Source: Picochlorum sp. SENEW3
Lineage: Eukaryota
Length of the DNA: 64,000 nucleotides
Assembly (NCBI GenBank): GCA_034226945.1
Contig: CP120460.1
Coordinates: 1 to 64,000, forward strand
Direction: 5' to 3'
The translations under genes were made by a program, and so were the position numbers. The number at the start of each line of letters is the position of its first letter. Positions within the stretch are counted from its first letter, which is position 1. Below the pieces are notes generated by a model. It was not told the origin of the DNA, made no database searches, and saw nothing but the letters and a program-made list of their open reading frames with translations. Positions 22,232 through 35,455 of the stretch are shown piece by piece.

Positions 22232-23977
22232 TTAGGATCCCAGAGGCTGTGACCTCACGGTGTTTTGCTTTTCACCCAACAAGCTGTCCACAAACCATCG
22301 CTGCAGGTTTTTGCTCCACGACGGTACCTGCGATTGAGTTCCATTCACCCCAAACCGGGTTCTAAGCACTGCTTCGCTTAATTCATCCAGGGAAACCGAT
22401 TCAGCTCCCCTCCTGGCGGCCAAGAATGCTGCTTCATTACACACATTTGCTAGGTCTGCCCCAGAAAATCCTGCACCCAGCCGAGCGACGAGTTCCGCTG
22501 CTCGCACCATGCCTTCCGACCCTCCCTCTATAGGAATTCCTCGTAAGTGGACCATCATGATACTGGCTCTACCCTGTAAGTCTGGCAAGTCTACGTTCAC
22601 CTTTCTTGAGAGTCTTCCTGGCCTCAGGAGCGCTGGGTCCAACACCTCTGCCCTGTTGGTAGCAGCGAGTAGGACAATACCTGGGCGGCCTTCAAATCCA
22701 TCCAGTTCCGTGAGCAATTGATTCAAAGTCTGATCTCTTTCTTCGTTTAGCCCAGCGCCTCGTTTCCCACCGATTGCATCCAATTCGTCGATAAAAATCA
22801 CGCATGGAGACTGTTTCCTGGCTTCTGCAAACAGCTCCCTGACTCTTGCTGCACCTCGACCGACGAAAAGCTCCACAAACTCGGATGCAGACACTGCCAA
22901 AAACGGAACGTTGGCTTCGCCAGCAACAGCTTTTGCCAACAAGGTCTTTCCTGTGCCAGGAGGCCCACACAGCAGCACACCAGAGGGCAGCTTGGCACCC
23001 ACCCTTGTGAATTTGCTAGAATCCTTGAGACAGGCAACCACCTCTTGTAACTCCTGTTTTGCTACATCCACGCCAGCCACGTCCGAGAATCGTACACGAG
23101 GTGCTCGCTGGACTCCCTTCTTTTTCTTCCTCTGAGAGCCACCATTACGGCCCTCCAGAAATCTGCGCATTATGATGAACATGGGAACCAGCGGGACCCA
23201 AAGTGCCAAGGCTGTCAATATAATCTTACTTATTGCAGTGCTCAATGCAGCTTTCACTGTCCCAAACTCTACGTTGTTGTCCCGGAGCGTGGTGATCAGC
23301 TGCGGGTCGGGCAGGTGTCTGGTGAAAAACTGCCTTGGAACCCTTCTCATTGACTTCCTTCCAGCGGCGATATCCGATGTGGTAGAATCCTCTGTCGACC
23401 TGATGATGTCGAATAAAAGCCGTCCGCTGCCTTCTTCGAAACGGACTGCTCTGACATTGCCAGAGTTGACCAGGTTCAGGAAGTCGCTGTAAATCACTTC
23501 CTGAGGAAGCTTGCGGGACGATCCACCGGGTTGACGAGCTCTTACGTGGCCCATGAAAGATATACCTAGTCCTAGCGTGAAGAATATGCCGAGTTTCACG
23601 ACTCTGAGAGACAGGAATTTCCCCAGGGCATACACAGCCCTGCTGGGAAGGCTCAAAGGCAATCTGGAGGCGAGCGCATTGGCTAGGCGGCGGAAAAGGC
23701 CATTTCTATCCTTGTGACTCTCTTCCTCAGGCAACTCCCTCATTTCAATGTCGCTGTCTCCGTCCGTTGAGCTCTCTGGTCGCTCGTCCACGGAGGCCTG
23801 AACTGTGCGAGTCGAAAACCTGCTCATGTGCCTGTTGGGATTCACAAATGTGACTCTGCCAGTGAAACTCCTTGTTCCTCTGTGACGCAATCTTGCGACC
23901 TTGCCCAGGCGTGGGGCGCACCCAACGACAGCAGGCGCTCGGCAGCAGCAGAGGGCCTGTTGAATGCGACCGTCCAT
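22232..23977 (-). CDS. FTSHI3: Plastid FtsH-like AAA+ protein without a protease domain (FtsHi3-like)
   Basis: Transit peptide, two TM segments, FSDVAG, Walker A GPPGTGKT, Walker B IFIDELD and SRH ATNR...LLRPGR. The ORF ends with no HExxH motif. Confidence 0.8.
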   Translation of the reverse strand: MDGRIQQALCCCRAPAVVGCAPRLGKVARLRHRGTRSFTGRVTFVNPNRHMSRFSTRTVQASVDERPESSTDGDSDIEMRELPEEESHKDRNGLFRRLANALASRLPLSLPSRAVYALGKFLSLRVVKLGIFFTLGLGISFMGHVRARQPGGSSRKLPQEVIYSDFLNLVNSGNVRAVRFEEGSGRLLFDIIRSTEDSTTSDIAAGRKSMRRVPRQFFTRHLPDPQLITTLRDNNVEFGTVKAALSTAISKIILTALALWVPLVPMFIIMRRFLEGRNGGSQRKKKKGVQRAPRVRFSDVAGVDVAKQELQEVVACLKDSSKFTRVGAKLPSGVLLCGPPGTGKTLLAKAVAGEANVPFLAVSASEFVELFVGRGAARVRELFAEARKQSPCVIFIDELDAIGGKRGAGLNEERDQTLNQLLTELDGFEGRPGIVLLAATNRAEVLDPALLRPGRLSRKVNVDLPDLQGRASIMMVHLRGIPIEGGSEGMVRAAELVARLGAGFSGADLANVCNEAAFLAARRGAESVSLDELSEAVLRTRFGVNGTQSQVPSWSKNLQRWFVDSLLGEKQNTVRSQPLGS

Positions 23978-24237
23978 TGCTGTTCACACAGAGTGTCTGA
24001 AGCCAATTTTGTCTCTGCACATTGCCAATATCATGAAAGCTTTCTTGTGACGTCACCAGTCTGAATGTGGCGCACTATGACTGCCAAATTAGGGGCGACT
24101 CGTCACGATTGGCGCATGGTGGCCCATCAAGTTGGGTACGTGCCCGCTCCATTCATCATGGAATGCCAAACCGCGAGGCAGTGGCGGACACACGAGAATA
24201 TCTTTTTGGATATTTCTATACGAGGTATTCTCGCGCC

Positions 24238-25424
24238 ATGGCAGTGCTCGAATGCACATTTCTGCATCGACAGGGGGTCCCACGGTGTTCAGAACTGGGA
24301 GGTCGCCCTGTTGCGCTCCACGCACTCTCCAACAAAATCAAGAATTCTAGAGTCTTAGTTAAATCTTCAGATAATTCAGATGGCACCTATCTTCAAAAGG
24401 CTGGCAGACTGGCGTGGCTGCGAACCTTGACCACGTCTCCCCAAGACTCCCTCTTCTCAGATGCGTATGCTCAGGAGCTGGCCGCTAGCGTGCGTGATGT
24501 GCTGCTCCAACAGACCAACATCGTGGATTTGTACTCAACTGAGCTTGTCTGCTGCAGGTGCATGTTGCTGATGAGGATCAGGGGTCCATGACTGCAAGTG
24601 ATTCTTTTGATATTTTGGCCAGCAAGTTTGTGGACACATCTGTGTACAACATAGCCAACATGGTAAATGTAAATCGAGATCAAGAATATAAGCAGGTTGT
24701 CCTTGTCGGGGATGGGATGTGCACGAGGTTTGCGAGGATTCCCTGGCCCTTGGGAACAGTAATTTATCTGGTTGCTCCTGGTGCGTCATGTTTGTTTTTT
24801 CTGGAATGAGCGGGGTCGAATACTCATTTGCCATGTAACCAATCTCTGTTTTTAGGGCACGTACATGAAAGGGCGGAAGCCATCCTCAGAGCGCAGGGTG
24901 CAAAAGTCCCTCCAGGCTGTTTGTTGAGAAGGATTGACCATGACTTCGAGTCGTCGAGCGAGACATCATTGCACGATTCGTTGATCTCGAAAGGATTTAG
25001 GGGCGATCGATTATCGGTTTGGGGACTTCAAGGGATACGGTCTATGGGGTTATCGAGGAGAGCTTTGGACTGTTTGTTTGCAGAGATGGCAAATGCTGCT
25101 GCGTTTGAATCTCTCATTCTGGGGGAAATGCCAAGCATGACGGTTGAAGACCTAGAAAATTTTCTGGCATCGTTTGGTTTCCTGGGATCAGACAGCCCGC
25201 TGGAGCTAGTAGCAAAAGAGTATGGGCCAGTTCATCAATCAACAGCAGATGGCAGTGCTTCATGGTGGCTGCACGGGCTCTCGGAGTACATGGGCCGGGA
25301 GAGATCTCCCAGACTATTCAGAGCAAGCCAAAGAAGAGTGTCTGTGGAGGAAATGGACACGTACAATGCTCACGTGGCAGCGGCCGAGGAGGTGGACGAA
25401 GATTTCTTTGGAAACTTTTCCTGA
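24238..25424 (+). CDS. SAM-dependent methyltransferase, LCM (leucine carboxyl methyltransferase) family (3 exons)
   Basis: DSLFSDAYAQELA and KQVVLVGDGMCTRFARIPWP. Introns 24490-24557 and 24781-24855 join three ORF pieces in frame. Confidence 0.75.
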
Positions 25425-25642
25425 AAATTTGAAATTTGACGGATGGGTCTTATCCTTGGTGCACAGGTGTATAGGCAATTCGTTGTGTACCTATAAATGT
25501 TTATTTAATGTCAATTATCTAGTTCGAAGGGTGACGAGAGGCAAGTGCGCCGGGCAACAAAGTTGTTAACGCGCAGGGCAACAAATCTAACGAATCTTCG
25601 TATAGTCGAAGCAGGAGCCTGTTCCAGATAATATTCGAAATT

Positions 25643-27078
25643 ATGGCTGATCAGGCCGGTCCTAGCGGAGCGGGAAACGCCGCTGTGGGGAAGACGGTGG
25701 AGGAGACCCAGTTTTTATTCAACACCGGTGTTGCGTGCATCAAGGTAGCGGTCGATAGCATGGCGGGACACTTGAACTGCTTTTGAAATTGATCCCGGGA
25801 TTTTGGTTTTGCAGGCAAATGCGCTCGAAATGGCAGCAGACATCTTTGCCCAAGTGCTGCGAGCACGGACTGCTCGGTATGGAGGTGTGTTGGAACGAAC
25901 GAGAACGCATGGAAAGCCATCGAGGCAAGGCAATATGGTTCTTTGAATGAACATAGTATGACCGATGTGTGTGTTGAATTTGGTCTGCAGATCTTGCAAC
26001 GGAGTGTGCTTCCTCGTACTATCGCTATGGTGCAGTGCTGCTGTATCAGGCTCAGGACAATGCAGACGTCTTCGGTGCCCAGCTGGACACCGATGTTCAT
26101 CAAGATGTAGAAGACAAAGAGAACCACACGTCCATTGGGGACACAATGGAGGCTGGAGGCAGTGCAGGGGCGGGTGGGGAGGATGTTCAAACATCTGTTG
26201 GTGATGCCAAGGGCAAGGAGGCTCTGCCGGAGACTGAGAGTGCTCAGCACGAGCACCAACCAGAGGAAGCGGCTCCATCCAATGACGCTGAAGTGGAGGC
26301 GACGGACCTTGAGATCGCATGGGAGAATTTGGACACTGCCCGAGCAATCTGGGAAAAGGATCCTCAACAAAACTGTGATGACTTGGCCAGTGTTCATGTG
26401 CTCCTCGGGGATGTCGCTTTAGAAAACGAAGCTTTTGACAACGCACTGACGGACTATCAACATGCGTTAAAGTATCAAAAGATGGCAAACTTCCCCGAGG
26501 ATGACAGGAGAACTGCAGAGGTTTACTTCAAGAGGGTCATGGCTCTCCAATTTCTCGAGAGGCCAGAGGATGCGCTTGTGGAGGTGGAATCCGCACGAGA
26601 TATTCTCTTCAAAAAGTTACAGAATCTGCAGGCCAGTGGGGATGATCACACTTCCGAGATTGAGGATGTCTCTGGAATATTGGATGATCTTAAAGACAAG
26701 AGGGTTGAATTGGAGGCACAAGCAAGGGAAAAGTCTGCCATGGCAGATGCAGTCCGGGGAGCTCTCTCGCATTTTCAAAAGTCAGCTGCAGGAAATCAAG
26801 GGGCGATGAAATCCCAAGGGGTGGACATGGGAGGTGGTTCGAACAAATCCAACATTGCATCCCCAGTGAAGGACCTTGGGGTTGTGGGAAGAGGGACGAA
26901 GCGGATCAACCTCGCCCCATCTACGACGGAGAAGGGCAAAGAACCCGCCGTCCAAGCAGCTCCTGGCTCTGGAGTCGATGCGAACAGCAACAAAAAGAAA
27001 CGATCCGCAGAAGACATAATGGGCGGCGGCGGCGAGGACACCCAGATTGGCTTTGGCAACGGCCAAAATTACATGTAA
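25643..27078 (+). CDS. NASP: NASP/SHNi-TPR histone H3-H4 chaperone (3 exons)
   Basis: Spliced RYGDLATECASSYYRYGAVLL, acidic insertion, DLEIAWENLDTAR and LGDVALENEAF. Introns 25745-25814 and 25885-25990. Confidence 0.9.
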
Positions 27079-27124
27079 TATCGTACAAGCATTTTTAATT
27101 GAACACAGTCGTGACTGCCCCACA

Positions 27125-28432
27125 TCAGCTTGTTGCAACTGCCTTTCCTGCCTTCTCCAACACCTCTCTTGCCTCCAGTGGGAATGACTCTAGTTCCTTG
27201 TCAGTCCAATTGAACAGTGGAGGCATTGGATTCCCACTCGGCAGTGTGGCACCCGGAACTCGCAAATCCTCGAAAAAAGAGTGGGCCATTCCTTCAGCTG
27301 CTGTGATTCTCTTTGCAGGATCGTACACCAGCATCCTTGAGAGCAAGTCAATTGCATCATTGCAAGCTTTTTTGTTGGAAAACACTTTGCTCCAAGGAGA
27401 AGCATTGATGAAAGGGAATTTGAAGTCTGTATAGTGGGGATTCATGGCAAAAATCTCCTCCCTGCTCGGCGTCCCCAAGATCTTTATTATCTCTACCAAC
27501 TGGTCGATGCCAGAGGAGCCAGGGAACAGTGGCTTTCCCAGGATCAGCTCCGCAAAAACGCACCCTACACTCCACACGTCGATAGAAGGGGTGTAATTTG
27601 CCGCACCAAATATCAACTCAGGAGCCCTATAGTAGCGGGAACATATGTACGAGATGTTTGATTCCTCTGGCCTCAAAATCTTTGCTGATCCAAAATCGCA
27701 CAGCTTCAAAGTATGCGTCTTGACATCCACCAATAAATTCTGTGGCTTTATATCTCTATGACAGATCCCCTGGGCATGGATATGAGCCAGGGATCGCAGC
27801 ATCTGATACACATAGATCTTTATGAGGAACATCGGCATCCTCTCGTCCGCGCGTATGTAATGCTTGTTTATCTTATATACTGTATCTGGCACATATTCTA
27901 ACACCAAATTCAGGTACAAATCGTCAGGGTTTCCTTGAGAAGATGAAGCTTTTGGGGACCTGGAATTTGCCACTGGAGGAGGGCCACCAGACGAGTAGAA
28001 GCAGTGCTTGAGCTGCACGATATTGGGATGCTGTAGCTTTCGAATTATCTGCAATTCCCTGTTTTTGAATCTCCTGTCCTGAAAAACCTTTTTGATTGCG
28101 ACGATTTCGCCAGTCTCCAAACATTTCGCTTGGAACACGACACCAAAAGACCCATTGCCAACCACTTTCAATGTCTGGTATCGAATAATCTTCATACCAT
28201 CTCCATGGAACGCTTTATCTGTACTGTAGGTCGTTATGGTACATTCAGGACCAGCAGGATCTCCAGATGTCACCTTTCCTTCCCAGACAGCCTCTTTCCC
28301 CTCCCTCTGTGCCATAGACAATGTCAACTTGCCCATCTTGTACGGAAGAGTGTCGTCCACTGTTTGGCTCGTTGTCTGCGAAGAGGAGGTTCTCCTTTCC
28401 TGCATCATCGTATCGGCAGCATTTGCATCCAT
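27125..28432 (-). CDS. GSK3: Glycogen synthase kinase 3 / shaggy-like kinase
   Basis: Motifs [27 protein letters not shown] and [17 protein letters not shown]. Confidence 0.97.
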   Translation of the reverse strand: MDANAADTMMQERRTSSSQTTSQTVDDTLPYKMGKLTLSMAQREGKEAVWEGKVTSGDPAGPECTITTYSTDKAFHGDGMKIIRYQTLKVVGNGSFGVVFQAKCLETGEIVAIKKVFQDRRFKNRELQIIRKLQHPNIVQLKHCFYSSGGPPPVANSRSPKASSSQGNPDDLYLNLVLEYVPDTVYKINKHYIRADERMPMFLIKIYVYQMLRSLAHIHAQGICHRDIKPQNLLVDVKTHTLKLCDFGSAKILRPEESNISYICSRYYRAPELIFGAANYTPSIDVWSVGCVFAELILGKPLFPGSSGIDQLVEIIKILGTPSREEIFAMNPHYTDFKFPFINASPWSKVFSNKKACNDAIDLLSRMLVYDPAKRITAAEGMAHSFFEDLRVPGATLPSGNPMPPLFNWTDKELESFPLEAREVLEKAGKAVATS

Positions 28433-29150
28433 CTCGGTGCCTGGAGGACAGTTGGACAGACAAGGTGGGTAGACTTGAACTCACGCTGTCTGGCCTTTGG
28501 CCTTCTCTGATGTAAGATGCGATCTAATGTGTACGAGAATAGTTTATAAACGGGTTTCTGACCTACGGTACCGTCGAAACTCGCGCCTCGTCGCCTTCCC
28601 GCACAGTCGGACTCAGGATCACGTTGCCTCGCAGAAAGGATTTCTACCTGAGAAAACTCCCCAACAACAAGCTTGCTTCCAGTATTATTGTACGTATAAT
28701 GCCTAAAATGACTGCAGAATATTGCGTGTGACTCGCCCAAACAGTACCGATCCCAGCGACAAGGATACAAGGATAACAACACCGTCGACCGTACTCGTGC
28801 TATCCTGCTGTCCGGAGAATTTTTCTACGATATGATTCGTTTTCAGAAGCAGCTCTGGTAGGCGCGTCTGCTGCAAGAGTGCGAAGAAATGGTGTTACCA
28901 GTTCCTTAAATAGGTCAAGGCACTGTCGAGCCCTTGCGCGTGGCATTTGGCATGTAATACCAACAGGGTGGACAGCTGAGCAATTATAGCATTATAAATT
29001 TAGTTTTTGTTTACTGTACAGCCCCGTGCGGACCAGCGTTGGCTATACTGGAGCGGAAAAAGGGTTCGACGATCACTGCGTCACTCCCCGGGACTCCTTG
29101 GTTGGAAAGTAACCCGTGCTGGAAAACACTTAGATATACATCAAATAGAT

Positions 29151-29440
29151 ATGGGTACCGACGAACGTGCTGAAGACAAGCGCGCGGAGAACGGAGCCTT
29201 GCTGTTGGAGAACGAGGACGAATTCGAAGAGTTCGAGGTTGATGGTGCGTCGCGAAGTGGCCATCTGTGGTGCGAATATCATCATGACGGTATCTTGTTT
29301 TGTTTGCAGAGTGGACCAGCAGTCAACAGGAGGTGGATGAGGAGCTGTGGGAGCAGGACTGGGATGATGATGTCGGAGCGATTGATGATGCTTTCTCTAG
29401 GAGACTCAAGGCCGAGCTGAATGGGATGCAGACATCCTGA
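29151..29440 (+). CDS. DSS1: 26S proteasome subunit DSS1/SEM1 (2 exons)
   Basis: LLENEDEFEEF joined by intron 29245-29309 to LWEQDWDDD...FSRRLKAEL. Confidence 0.92.
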
Positions 29441-29468
29441 ACGTAAACAGATACATGCATTGTAATTA

Positions 29469-30197
29469 TTATTCTTTTTGCAGTTCTTGTATACACTCGG
29501 CTGTGGTCCGTATTCGACAATATCCACCAAAAGCTCTGAGAGCATTCTCGTGTCGTTCCTCCGAGAAGGTAGCACAGGCATCTTCCACGCAAGTGACCAA
29601 GTATCCCAGATCGCAAGCGTCTTTAACTGCGTGATCGATGCACTGGTCCGTGAGGCATCCACACACTATAAGCTGCTCGACACCCATGTTCCCAAGCAGG
29701 TAGTTCAAATTTGTGCTGTTGAACACACTCGAGCCTACATACATAGACATCACGGCATAAGAATGAGTGATACATACCAAAAAGAGGACCATGTGTGACT
29801 CACTTGTTTTTGGCAAGCAGATTTCATTCTCCCGCGGGGCCAGCTCAGGTATGAAGGGCCTGGCATCAACTGAACCTGGTTGAACCTGAAAGCCCGAAAG
29901 CCTGTAGTCGAGCCCCCTGTCCTTGCCATCCTTACGCAGGCTTTGAATGACGCACGTGAAAACATGAATGCGAGCCTCACGGGCTTTTGTCACAAGCAGT
30001 CGCCAATTCTTCCGACACACCCTCTCCAACCGATCAAAAAAGTAATCGAAATCCCCATCTGGTTGAGAGGCATACAACACACTACTTCTACTACACGTAT
30101 AGTGCTGGATATCGATGAAACATATGGCAACGGAGTCAGGGCGACCTTTGTCAATGGGTCTCTCTCGAAGGTGGGTTTGCGGTTCGTACGCAGACAT
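29469..30197 (-). CDS. Isochorismatase-family cysteine hydrolase
   Basis: FIDIQ, PKTS|SSVFNSTNL after removing the in-frame intron 29803-29735, GCLTDQCI and VEDAC. Confidence 0.88.
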   Translation of the reverse strand: MSAYEPQTHLRERPIDKGRPDSVAICFIDIQHYTCSRSSVLYASQPDGDFDYFFDRLERVCRKNWRLLVTKAREARIHVFTCVIQSLRKDGKDRGLDYRLSGFQVQPGSVDARPFIPELAPRENEICLPKTSESHMVLFLVCITHSYAVMSMYVGSSVFNSTNLNYLLGNMGVEQLIVCGCLTDQCIDHAVKDACDLGYLVTCVEDACATFSEERHENALRAFGGYCRIRTTAECIQELQKE

Positions 30198-30310
30198 TAG
30201 AGAGGTTTACATGTCTATATGATAATATACAGAGTGTGGCGTTAAACTACATGAAAGTCGGCAGACTTTCAAACTTTAATTTTGCTGCTCGATCAATCAG
30301 AAGGCTTCGC

Positions 30311-30661
30311 CTAGGCCTGGACTCCTCTCGGAAAGCAGATTTTGCACTTCCAGATGCCGTGCTGGCACGTCATTCCGTTGTTCCTCCTTTCTTCACGGCG
30401 ATCTTGGATGCGTTTTTCCTTGTGCGCCCTCTTCGTATCATGATGGAGCTGTCTCTCCTCCCGCACCGTCACCAAGGTGTTTCGTCGTTCCCTCTCCTTC
30501 TCTTCTTTCTGCCACTTCAATTCCATCTTCCTCGCTTCTTTTATTTCACGCTCTCGCCTCTTAGCTTGTTCCATCTTGTCCTTTTTCTTTTGCACGGTCT
30601 CTCGAGCCAATCCTCCTGCTGCCCCGTGTCGACAAAACATGTCCGACACCGTCGATGTCAT
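30311..30661 (-). CDS. Small basic coiled-coil protein with C-terminal CxH..CxxC motif (hypothetical)
   Basis: K/R/E-rich ORF ending CQHGIWKCKICFP, located between two genes. Confidence 0.55.
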   Translation of the reverse strand: MTSTVSDMFCRHGAAGGLARETVQKKKDKMEQAKRREREIKEARKMELKWQKEEKERERRNTLVTVREERQLHHDTKRAHKEKRIQDRREERRNNGMTCQHGIWKCKICFPRGVQA

Positions 30662-30758
30662 TGCTGTACGAAAATGCGGATGATACTTTTCTTGTTTTTT
30701 CCTTATTACATACGTATGATAAAAATCGTTTTATTTTATCAAAGGGGACCCACCGACA

Positions 30759-31223
30759 TCACACATCAACTTCGACAATGCCAGAATCTGCGAGCCTGCT
30801 GGCAAATGTTGGAAGGTTCTTCTCATTGTTGTTCAACTTACCAACCAGCGGCAGGTCTGGGAAGTTTGGGCACCAGGTGCCCTTGACGGATCCATCCTTG
30901 ACATCGAATGCCGTGCCATGGGCCGGGCATACGATACATCCGTCCCGAATCTCCCCCTGCATCATGGCGGTCTTCCCGACAAGAGGCAAGTTGAGGTGGG
31001 TGCATTTATTGGAGACGGCGTACACAGCATCGTCGACGACGGTCAGCAGCACTTTTTGGCTGTCGACTTGGACGACCATCCTGCCACCATCAGCGGATAC
31101 GATGTCTTGCTTGGTCACACCAGTGGACTGCCACGCAGTGATCCTCGAAGCACTGAGTGATCTGTTCCCCACGGATGGGGCAGACACAAAACCAGCCTTG
31201 TTCACACGAGCAGCAGAGATCAT
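30759..31223 (-). CDS. Rieske [2Fe-2S] ferredoxin-like protein, probably plastid
   Basis: Rieske ligands CTH and CPAH; transit-peptide-like N-terminus. Confidence 0.9.
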   Translation of the reverse strand: MISAARVNKAGFVSAPSVGNRSLSASRITAWQSTGVTKQDIVSADGGRMVVQVDSQKVLLTVVDDAVYAVSNKCTHLNLPLVGKTAMMQGEIRDGCIVCPAHGTAFDVKDGSVKGTWCPNFPDLPLVGKLNNNEKNLPTFASRLADSGIVEVDV

Positions 31224-31666
31224 TGTTTGTTATAAATTGCGAATGTGCTCACTTGTGACGCTCGCAGAGTGATATCTTGCGCCGGTGGTAGTGACCGGTG
31301 CTCGCTCACACCTATCCGGTCGCTTCGTCACCTTGATAGGAAGATTCTTTGGATCGTGCGTGCAGATCTCTAGAGATCTCCCTCTTCTAAAAACAACAAC
31401 AACGGAATTCAATTCGGTGGTTTCTCATCGTATGAGCGTCCATGGGCTGTACTGCGTGAATATCTATCTAAATATAAACATTTGTGAACGGAGATTGTCC
31501 CAAAGCGGTGTTGCAGTCTCCACGTTCGGGTCCTGTCCGGTTTGAATTATTACCCCGGCTCGAACGAACAACGTTTGCAGTGTACCTAGCCTGTCCGATG
31601 TCCTCTTGGGCTTTCCTGGAATAAACATTAAAGAAAGTTATTGTTTGTTTGTATTTTGGAGCATCA

Positions 31667-34600
31667 ATGGCTGGTGAGGTTGTCGGTGTGAAGAAAGAGC
31701 TTACGACTCCGTTGGGTGAAGCGTCCATTGAGGACGGTACAGTCATCGACCTCACGGATCCGAATCTTCGCGAGAAGACTGGTGATCAAACCGTCAAAGT
31801 GCATGGCAAGAGGAAGTCAAGAGTGGACGCACGTGTCGTCGGGAAAAAGCCGCGGACTCTGACGGACAAGAAGGAGAACTCTTCAAGCAACATGGCATCC
31901 GGGGGAGTGGGTCAGGCGCGATCGAACGGAGATACACCCGAGCCAATGACCTTAGAATTTCAAGATGATGGCGTGTGGCAAGATGATGGGACCAGAACTC
32001 GCGGCCTCCCTGGTCATGTGAAGAAAATCGAGGTGGTTGACTTTATGTGTCACGATCACATGACCATGGAATTTGCCCCCCACGTGACCTTCATTTCCGG
32101 AAAGAATGGGTCTGGAAAATCTGCTTCGCTTCAAGCGCTCCAATGCAGTCTCGGTGTGAATGCAACCAAGCATGGGAAGAATGCTTCCCTCTCAAAGCTG
32201 ATTCGCACCGGGGCAGATGAAGCACTCATCAAAGTTACTATTTGGAACAAGCCCACAGCAGATTATGAAGCGTATCGGCACGACGTGTATGGAGATTCTA
32301 TCACTATTGAGCGGCGTATCACGACGAGGACGCACTCATGGGTTTTCAGAGCAGCAAACAACAGAATAATTTCTAGGAAAAAAGAGGAGTTGGAGCACAT
32401 TCTGCACACGCTTGGCTTGAACGCATCGAACCCGGTGACTGTGATGACGCAAAATACTGCTCGAGGGCTTTTGGGGTCGACCACATCCAAAGCAGACCAT
32501 GAGAAGTATGATTTGTACATGGATGCAACCCAGCTGGGAACGATTGCTGAGAATATTGCAGTGACAAAGCACTGCCTGACTCAAATGTCCGAGCATGTCG
32601 AAAAGGTAGGTATACAAATATGGATAGTTTGAAACCCTTGAGGGGGTCTCACAGCCGTGCGTTGCGCAATTTGTTGACGACATTGCTATGTTGCAGATTG
32701 GGGATGAATACGACAGCTTCAAGTCAAAGGTGGGTGAGGTGAGGACTCGTAAGGAAAAGCTGCAGCGCCTGGAGCACTTGAATCAGGAGTTGCAGGACTT
32801 GGAAACCGTGTTCGCCATGGAAATCGTGCACGAGCAAGAGAGAATGCGCGATGAGCTGAAGGGCAAACTTGAAGGTGATGTCATGGCACAAATGACCAAG
32901 GCAACAGAGGAAATTGCTGAGAAGCAAACGGATCTGGAAGAAAAGCAAGAGAGCATCAAGAAGCAGAATGAATTCATCAACAACTTCGAGGCAAATGCCG
33001 AGTCCATGAGGGCCAAGATTGACGCATTAAAAGGTCAGAGGAGGGAGGTTGTGAAGGCGCTTCAGCATAGCTTGAAAGTAATTGACAGGAACAAAACTAT
33101 ACTTTCCACAGAGCAGAGCCGCAAGAAGGATGCCCAAGAAGCGTTGGAGGATTTGAGGAAAGATCAAGCTGACCACGAGGAGCGTGCAAATGATCTGGTG
33201 AATGAGCATCTGGAGCAGCTAAGGGTGGCAAAGGAGAAGAGGAGCGCATGCAATGAAAAGGTCAGAGAATTGGACAAATGCATCGCCAATGTGGGCGAGA
33301 GTATCAATGTCATCAACAAGCAGATTACAAACGAGAGCTTGAGGAAAACAACAATCGAAAAGAACAAAAAAGAGTGCATGCAACAGCTCATGTCACTCAA
33401 GAAGTCTTCCACAAATTCCTTGTACGAATATGGAGGAGAGAAGGTCATTCAAGCAATGAGAAAAATCGAAGAAGCATGCAAAAGAGGCTCATTTGCGCAA
33501 AAGCCTATTGGTCCAATAGGTCAATACCTCGGGATCACTGATGTAAAGTATGCAAGGGCCATTGAATGCGCAATTGGAATGTATTTGAACTCGTTTCTGG
33601 TAGGGAGCGAGAAGGACTTGCACGCTCTTCGCGGCATTCTGAGATCTTCTGGATTTTCGGCCTTTGACATGCCAAACATTTCCATCACGAATCTGAAGCG
33701 TCGGTTGTACTCCATTCCTGCAGAGAAGATGCCAAACTGCACCACAGCTCTAAGAGTCATCACGTGCAAGGAAGACGTCAAGGGTCCGGTTATGAACTAT
33801 CTGATTGATATGGGAAAAGTGGACCAGACTGCGTTGTCGCTAAATGACGACGCCACCGTGTGCTCCAGGCTGGCAAAAGACAGTAGAGTCAACAAAGTGT
33901 TTGATGCGCATGGCACGCGGTATACGTACCGTGGATCCACGCTGGCAGTGGAAGGACAGAGTAAGAAATTTCGGAACAAGGTTCCTCGTTTGGGCGTTTC
34001 TCGTGAGGACAAGGTGAAAGAGACGGAGGCATCAATTAGGAGCCTGGACCATGATTTGCAGCAGGCAGAGGGTGAAGTGGCTCGACTGAGACAAAAGTTG
34101 CAGCAGGCAGAGGGTGACCGAGCCGAGTATGATAGACAACTGGATCAGGCCAAAACTCGAGCAGATGAGGCAGTGTCAAACTTTGAGATTTTGGAAAATA
34201 CGCAGACGATTCCACAATCTCAGCCTGCTCTGGCGGATGACCCAACTGAAGAATGCAGAAACGACATTGCCACAGCCGAGAGAAATATACTGCAGGCCGA
34301 AGCAAAGATCGAAGATGTCAATGAGAGGCTCGCTGATCAACAAAAGAAAAAGGCTGAAATCGAGGAGCAGATTAAAGCAGAAGAAGCCGAGGTAAAGTCT
34401 CTGGCAGAGACAAATGCTGCTTTGGTCGATTCGTTTTCTGCCCTGAAAAATCAAATATCCAGTCTCAAAAAGCATATTGAGAATGTCAAAAAGCACAAAG
34501 AAACTCTGGAAAGTAAGAAGAAGGAATGGGAGGATCAGCTGGAGAATATCGAGGGGAATATCGCCCAATACTTGCCAGAGGCACTCGAAATTGCTGGGAG

Positions 34601-35375
34601 CAGGGAGAATGCCGAGGAAAGGAAGAAAGCCTTGACTGAGCAATACAAAGCTAATGGGTTGACAGACGAGCAGATAAGAAAATCGTTCACTCGAACGATG
34701 CTGGAAAAGAAACTTCAAAGAGTGACCAACATTATTGAAGAGGCCCATCAGGAGGCAGGAGGCAGCCTGGATGTTGTTGAGAGGGAGCTCCTGGAGGCGG
34801 AGGAAAAGCTCCAGAAGGATGGCCGCAGTATGAAAAATATCCTGGACATGTATAAGGATATCAGAGCATCGTACGAAAAAAGGGAAAAGAAACTTCAGGA
34901 AGTCGATGACAACGTGGAGAAGATTGTGTCCAGCAAGTTCAGGTATTACATGAACAAGAAGGGCCACTTTGGTAGAATCAGAGTGCATCGCAAGGAGAGG
35001 AAGCTCGAAATCGGGGTTCGAATTGGAGAGAAGGGCCAAGCTGGTGGAGTCATCAAGGATTTGAAACAACTTTCTGGAGGGGAGAGATCTTTTGCCACAG
35101 TGGCATTTGCCCTGGCGTTGGGTGGTGAAACTGACATGCCCTTCAGGGCCATGGATGAGTTCGATGTGTTCATGGATTCAGTCAACAGGAGAATTGCGAT
35201 GGAAAATCTGCTCTCTTTCGCCAAGGAAAACAGCAATCTTCAATTTATATTCCTGACACCCCAGGACATTACATCTTTGTACGCAGCCAGAGATCAGGTT
35301 AGGAAGCAGGGGCTGGAGATTCCGGACTCGTTCTTCCAAGTCGTTTCGATGAAGCCACCGCGCCCTCGTGCTTAA
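31667..35375 (+). CDS. SMC6: Structural maintenance of chromosomes protein 6 (2 exons)
   Basis: Walker A GKNGSGKS, hinge PIGPIG, signature LSGGERSF and PFRAMDEFDVFMD. Intron 32606-32696. Confidence 0.93.
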
Positions 35376-35455
35376 AGATGTCTTTAAATTACAATTCTGT
35401 AAACGTATTGGCCCTTTTCGAGAAAGAAGTGCAGTTTTGTTGAAAGCAAGCCTGC

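Noticed and set aside
34056..34116. Direct repeat TTGCAGCAGGCAGAGGGTGA in SMC6
   Set aside because: It is an in-frame duplication within the coiled coil (LQQAEG twice), with no separate meaning.
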